From the IMG/VR virus record IMGVR_UViG_3300017914_003245, positions 13,471 through 77,470 of that record: a stretch of DNA of 64,000 nucleotides; one strand, 5' to 3'. The stretch's first letter is position 1; each line of letters begins with the position of its first letter. Shown here one piece after another: positions 59,782 to 64,000 of the stretch. Source of the stretch: a virus. Its lineage: Duplodnaviria; Caudoviricetes. The notes under the pieces were generated by a model that searched no databases, was not told the origin of the DNA, and saw only the letters and a list, made by a program, of their open reading frames with translations. Both the position numbers and the translations under genes were made by a program.

Positions 59782-60149
59782 GGGCGTGTACTGGATTCGA
59801 TTTAAATTGGATTGGTATACTGCAAGCAGAAGAGGCGCCAGGCTTCTATAAAAGGCGCAAGCTGATACATGGCAAAAACAAAAGTCGTATCAAAGCTTTC
59901 AGCCCTTACGCTGAAAAGCTTGCTCTAGCAGCCTAAACACCTGCTACCCCTCCCTATCAGACGCAGATACGGTAGGTGAGGGGTCAACCATCTGCAAAAC
60001 AGAAAAAGTTTATCCATATCACAAACTGTAAATAATTGAAATGGTTAGTTGGATGTTTATATCATAACTTAAAAAAAAATAAACTAAGCTTGTAGACGTA
60101 TATTCTCGAAGATTTAAAGACGGGAGTTCGACTCTCCCCACGTCCACCA
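59782..60149 (+). ncRNA. ssrA: Transfer-messenger RNA (one-piece)
   Basis: Acceptor stem GGGCGTG/CACGTCC with G3.U70, encoded ACCA end, T-arm GGGAG-TTCGACT-CTCCC, 5' CTGGATTCGA, and a tag ORF at 59871-59936. Confidence 0.95.
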
Positions 60150-60154
60150 ATTTT

Positions 60155-60577
60155 ATGCAAACTCCTACAACAGAAAAATTCATCTACGACCACTCATCGA
60201 GAGAAGTATTTTATGATAAGTTAGCCACTTTTGAAGAATACTTCGTAGATGAAATGTTGATGCTAGGCGTAGCAAAAAATGGATCAAGTATTTTTGACAT
60301 AGATTTCGAGCATCACGAAAAACACGGAGAGTTGTTTTATGGCATCCTAAAAGAAGGAATTCGTAACACTCCTCCGTTTTTAGTTTCAGAAGTAGTTGTT
60401 GATAACCGCAGAGAAATGCAATGCCAATTTTACAATTTTGGAGAATCTCAAGGAGAAACTTTTTTATATATGATTAAAAACGCTATGGATTGGACGAATA
60501 AAAACGATTTCTGTTGTCAGCTTTTCAGCCTTATAAACCCAAACGAAGAAACAATATTAAATTTTTGGTCAACATGA
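60155..60577 (+). CDS. Hypothetical protein
   Basis: 140-aa ORF directly after the tmRNA. Confidence 0.6.
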   Translation: MQTPTTEKFIYDHSSREVFYDKLATFEEYFVDEMLMLGVAKNGSSIFDIDFEHHEKHGELFYGILKEGIRNTPPFLVSEVVVDNRREMQCQFYNFGESQGETFLYMIKNAMDWTNKNDFCCQLFSLINPNEETILNFWST

Positions 60578-60864
60578 ACATATTAAATAAAATTAAATCC
60601 TTAATACCTGAAAAAAAATCAGAAGAAAGTCTAGACTTAAATTCTGTAATTATTAACAGGTTATATAAAGAAAAAAAATCATTAAAAAATAAACCTGATG
60701 ATATATCAAAAGAAGAATGGTCTAAGCTTATAAACCAGATGATCTATTCCTTTAGATATAAAAAATCAAAAAATTATATTAAATCACCAATGCGATACAA
60801 TCAACTAAAATCTAGAGTACAAGCAGGTTTTAAAGCTTTTCAAAAACACCACAAACAATTATAA
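60574..60864 (+). CDS. Hypothetical basic protein (likely start 60574)
   Basis: ATGA overlap with the upstream stop codon. Confidence 0.55.
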   Translation: MNILNKIKSLIPEKKSEESLDLNSVIINRLYKEKKSLKNKPDDISKEEWSKLINQMIYSFRYKKSKNYIKSPMRYNQLKSRVQAGFKAFQKHHKQL

Positions 60865-60865
60865 C

Positions 60866-61060
60866 ATGGACGAAGAATTAGAAGACGACGAAGAATACGA
60901 AGGAATTGAAGAAGGAGATGTAGTATTTGAAGCAGATGAAGCGTTAATCTTGGCACTCAATGAAATTCATAGCCTTAAAGAATTAGTTGAAGAGCAGCAA
61001 TCTGCGATTTCAGATCTAAGGGATGAGCTTATTGAGCTTAGAAAAAAGCCAAAATCTTAA
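60866..61060 (+). CDS. Small acidic coiled-coil protein
   Basis: 64 aa, D/E-rich N-terminus followed by a heptad pattern. Confidence 0.55.
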   Translation: MDEELEDDEEYEGIEEGDVVFEADEALILALNEIHSLKELVEEQQSAISDLRDELIELRKKPKS

Positions 61061-61068
61061 ATTTTTTC

Positions 61069-61097
61069 TTGACCAAATGTAAATTATATGAGATAAT
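61069..61097 (+). promoter_or_regulatory. Sigma-70 promoter TTGACC-17-GATAAT with extended -10
   Basis: TTGACC 61069-61074, TG-A-GATAAT ending at 61097, ATG at 61106. Confidence 0.65.
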
Positions 61098-61105
61098 AGT
61101 CTCAT

Positions 61106-61375
61106 ATGAAAAAAATCTCATTAAACAAAGATGGTACTCCCCGCAAACGCCGCAATAGTGGCAAAGGCGGTTCCGCTATTGTGACCTTGTCTATTCAAGA
61201 GATTCTTGATCTTGCTGCGCAAGACGTAACTTCAGTTCCGGTCAGTGAAGACTGGGTAAAAGGTAGGCTTTATGCTAATTATCTTTCTGGCAAAAAAGTA
61301 TCTCAGGATTTTTCAGATCTACAATCTGTAGAAGATAAGATTGAATACGCTATTACCGACTTTGACGATGAATAA
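61106..61375 (+). CDS. Hypothetical protein with AT-hook-like basic N-terminus
   Basis: KDGTPRKRRN. Confidence 0.55.
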   Translation: MKKISLNKDGTPRKRRNSGKGGSAIVTLSIQEILDLAAQDVTSVPVSEDWVKGRLYANYLSGKKVSQDFSDLQSVEDKIEYAITDFDDE

Positions 61376-62294
61376 TTATTTTTCACATTTAATTGGGCAA
61401 GACAATGTTAAGAAGAAGCTCAATTTTTATCTTAAAGCGTATAACGCTACGAGCGTATGCCCATTTCTAAATCTTGTTGGTGCAAAAGGGTTAGGTAAAA
61501 CATTATTCGCTAAAGAGTTTGCAAAAAATCTTAAGAATAAAGATGGTAGCAAGCGCCCGTTTCTAGAACTTAACTGTTCTACCATAAAAAGCAATGCTCA
61601 GTTCTTTGAGCAAATCTTTATTCCATTGATCATGAATAATGAAATCACTATTCTTTTTGATGAAGCTCATGCTCTACCTAAAGATTTAACTATGGCCTTC
61701 TTGACGATCTTTAATACAGAAAAAACTAATACTAAAGAATTTACTTTTGAAGATCAAGTATTTGAGTTTGATTTCACCAAACAAACATTCATTTTCGCGA
61801 CTACAGAAAGTGACAAATTATTTCCTCCTCTCAAAGATAGGCTTAGCACAGTAGATTTTGAGCCATACAATACAGATAATCTCGGAGAAATTATCAAGTT
61901 AAATTGCGATGGTATTAATTTTAGCAATGAATCATTGCATAAGTTATCTCTAACTGTTAGAGGTAATGCGAGAAATGCGGTCATGCGTTCTAAAGAAATC
62001 GTTCTTTATTGTGAGAGTGAAAATCAAAATACTTTTGAAGTTGCAGATTATTTAAATCTTACAGATTTGCTAGGTATCTTACCTCATGGTATAACTTGTA
62101 CAGAAAAACAAATCTTAGAAATCCTGACCGAAAGAGGTAGCTGCAAACTTCAAACTTTATCTGCGGTTACTGGACTTAGTCCCACTAGTCTCAGAAGGGA
62201 TCATGAAGTGTATCTTCTTAGAAAGAATTTCATTCAAATCGACGGAGAAAGAAAGATCACTAATTTTGGTAAAACTTTAATAGAATCAATATAA
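61368..62294 (+). CDS. ruvB: RuvB-like Holliday junction branch-migration AAA+ ATPase
   Basis: LIGQ, Walker A GAKGLGKT, Walker B FDEAH, FATT, PLKDR, RGNAR, and C-terminal winged helix EVYLLRKNFI...RKIT..G. Confidence 0.8.
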   Translation: MNNYFSHLIGQDNVKKKLNFYLKAYNATSVCPFLNLVGAKGLGKTLFAKEFAKNLKNKDGSKRPFLELNCSTIKSNAQFFEQIFIPLIMNNEITILFDEAHALPKDLTMAFLTIFNTEKTNTKEFTFEDQVFEFDFTKQTFIFATTESDKLFPPLKDRLSTVDFEPYNTDNLGEIIKLNCDGINFSNESLHKLSLTVRGNARNAVMRSKEIVLYCESENQNTFEVADYLNLTDLLGILPHGITCTEKQILEILTERGSCKLQTLSAVTGLSPTSLRRDHEVYLLRKNFIQIDGERKITNFGKTLIESI

Positions 62295-62301
62295 TAATAA
62301 C

Positions 62302-62496
62302 ATGACAGAAACACAACAAAAAAATGTATATGTAGTTACTCGCAATTCTCGCAGAATTGAAGATCGAAACTATATCTCCAAAGCAGAAGCTGAAACTAGA
62401 GCAGAACAACTTGTTGCCATGCTAAAAAGATGGAAAGATCCAGACCAACGCAGAGTGAAAGTAGTCGAAACTTCCTCTCCATCAAAAATTAGATAG
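62302..62496 (+). CDS. Hypothetical protein
   Basis: 64-aa ORF within the operon. Confidence 0.55.
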   Translation: MTETQQKNVYVVTRNSRRIEDRNYISKAEAETRAEQLVAMLKRWKDPDQRRVKVVETSSPSKIR

Positions 62497-62990
62497 TGGA
62501 AGAGTTACCGAGTCAAGAAAAGTTAATATCATTCGAAGACATCGCATCACAGAAAGGTTATTCCCCAAAACGATGTAAAAGAAACGAGTTTGATAATGTA
62601 AGCCACCTGCTTAAAGCAAAAGGTAAAAACGGAAAACCTATTGAGATTCGTTTTGATGTAAAGAAAATCAAAAACAAAAAACAGAGCCAAGAATGGTTAT
62701 GGATTGAGTTCAAAAATTCTCAAGGCAAACAAGGTTGGATTCATGGTGATGCGCATTTCGTAGCCTTCGAAAGAAATTACGATTTTATTGTTGTGAACAG
62801 AAAAGAGCTTTTAAATTTCTTAAATTCTGGCAAAAAGATCAGATACGACCTCCCATTTGTTATGCTTGCAAAAAAAGCTAAGTATAGAATATACAAACGG
62901 CCAGGCAAAAAAGAAGAAATTACTCAAATTCATATCAAAGATCTAAAAACTTTCAAATCTTTTCAGATTTGGAAAAAAGAAAATGCCTAG
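62496..62990 (+). CDS. PD-(D/E)XK-like nuclease
   Basis: FDVK and WIEFKNSQGKQGW..GDA.FVAFE pattern. Confidence 0.5.
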   Translation: MEELPSQEKLISFEDIASQKGYSPKRCKRNEFDNVSHLLKAKGKNGKPIEIRFDVKKIKNKKQSQEWLWIEFKNSQGKQGWIHGDAHFVAFERNYDFIVVNRKELLNFLNSGKKIRYDLPFVMLAKKAKYRIYKRPGKKEEITQIHIKDLKTFKSFQIWKKENA

Positions 62991-63408
62991 ACAGTTAGAT
63001 TTAGACAAGACTTATATTAATATGGCAAAGTCTTGGTCTAATTTATCTCATGCCAGACGGAATAAAGTTGGTTGCTTGATTGTTAAAAATGGCACTATTA
63101 TTTCTGATGGATATAATGGTACCCCACGAGGCTTTGACAATAATTGTGAACTGAAAGATGGTAATATTCTTGTGACAAAGCCTGAAGTCTTGCATGCAGA
63201 AAGTAATGCTATTACTAAGTTAGCAAAAAGTACTCAATCGAGTAGCGGATCAACATTGTATACAACCGCTTCTCCCTGCGTAGAATGCTCCAAACTAATT
63301 ATACAAGCAGATATATCTAGAGTTGTTTATGATGAAATTTATCGAGACGATCAAGGTATTAATTTACTTGAAAAAGCTGGAATAATTATAGAAGAACTGA
63401 AAAAGTAA
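62983..63408 (+). CDS. dCMP deaminase
   Basis: GYNG, HAESNA and PCVEC zinc motifs. Confidence 0.92.
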   Translation: MPRQLDLDKTYINMAKSWSNLSHARRNKVGCLIVKNGTIISDGYNGTPRGFDNNCELKDGNILVTKPEVLHAESNAITKLAKSTQSSSGSTLYTTASPCVECSKLIIQADISRVVYDEIYRDDQGINLLEKAGIIIEELKK

Positions 63409-63421
63409 ATTACAATTATAC

Positions 63422-64000
63422 ATGTTTGAATCATTATGTATTTTAGTAATTGCAGTGTTATGTTATATTGCGTTTAATAGACCCAAACAGAATGACGATT
63501 TACTTGAAGAGTTGCGTAGTGACAATGAGTTCTTGCGGCTCCGCTTAAATGAACACGACTCTCTTCACAAGGAGCGTGAAGAGACGCTCAACGAAACAAT
63601 AAAAAACTTACAATCCTCGCTACACAAACATCAAAACAATGTACAAGCTAGTAGCACAGAACACAAACAACGAGAACAAGACCTAAACAAAAAAATTGTA
63701 CAATTAGAAAAAGATCTGCAAGATGAAACAGAAAAAAGAAAAAAAGTATTATCACAAAAGAAAAGTGGTGAGGTTAGGCTTGGACATATCGCCGAAACAC
63801 TCGCACCATTTTTAGATCAATTTGAATTTGAACCCGAACGCTGTTCATTTTTAGGGCAACCAATCGATTACATTTCATTTGGCGATGATGAAATTACATT
63901 CATCGAAGTCAAGAGTGGCAACAGTCAACTCAGTCAAAAACAAAGACACATCAGAGATTTAGTAAAACAAAAATTAGTATCATGGAAAGAAATCAGAATA
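63422..64000 (+). CDS. Membrane-anchored coiled-coil protein with Holliday-resolvase-related endonuclease domain (3' end at window edge)
   Basis: N-terminal TM helix, coiled coil, then G.IAE.LAP...FLGQPIDYISF...FIEVKSG. Confidence 0.7.
   Translation, partial: MFESLCILVIAVLCYIAFNRPKQNDDLLEELRSDNEFLRLRLNEHDSLHKEREETLNETIKNLQSSLHKHQNNVQASSTEHKQREQDLNKKIVQLEKDLQDETEKRKKVLSQKKSGEVRLGHIAETLAPFLDQFEFEPERCSFLGQPIDYISFGDDEITFIEVKSGNSQLSQKQRHIRDLVKQKLVSWKEIRI

Noticed and set aside
60100-60149. Standalone tRNA or an attP site at the TTCGACTC...CCA motif
   Set aside because: It is the 3' tRNA-like domain of the tmRNA. No duplicate copy or integrase is present in the window.
1-64000. Alternative genetic code (stop reassignment)
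   Set aside because: Genes up to 2535 aa are intact in code 11, and TAA, TAG and TGA are all used as genuine stops.
1-64000. CRISPR array, IS/transposase, integrase, intron or intein, diversity-generating retroelement
   Set aside because: No regularly spaced repeats, recombinase, reverse transcriptase or intein motifs were seen by eye.

Overview
The window is a gene-dense, AT-rich segment of a large tailed phage genome in standard genetic code 11. No capsid, terminase, polymerase or integrase gene is visible. From left to right it holds: (1) a J-domain-like gene and late/virion-type genes (1-4449); (2) a leftward early operon with a GT4, SSB, a sigma-70-like factor and a dNMP kinase (4474-7686); (3) divergent promoters and a rightward block of glycan enzymes (HAD plus nucleotidyltransferase fusion, GDPD-like, WavE-like, GT4, split GT9) ending in a Rad52/Sak-like annealase (7860-16063); (4) a ~40 kb long-tail module with fibres, a lambda-like I/J, K, L, M tip, four tube-fold paralogs, a 2285-aa tape measure protein, tandem chaperone paralogs and neck genes (16120-56337); (5) an early accessory region with an NDT-like gene, a GNAT / citrate-synthase-like / possible ABBA-fold cassette, a holin-like gene, a complete tmRNA, RuvB-like ATPase, nucleases and dCMP deaminase (56376-64000). 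Two regulatory patterns are visible. Consensus sigma-70 promoters are placed so that transcripts would be leaderless, and an AGTGTA(A/T) motif lies just upstream of structural genes. Trp-rich repeats and weak Shine-Dalgarno use tentatively suggest a Verrucomicrobiota-like host (inference). All family calls come from motif recognition by eye, with no database search.
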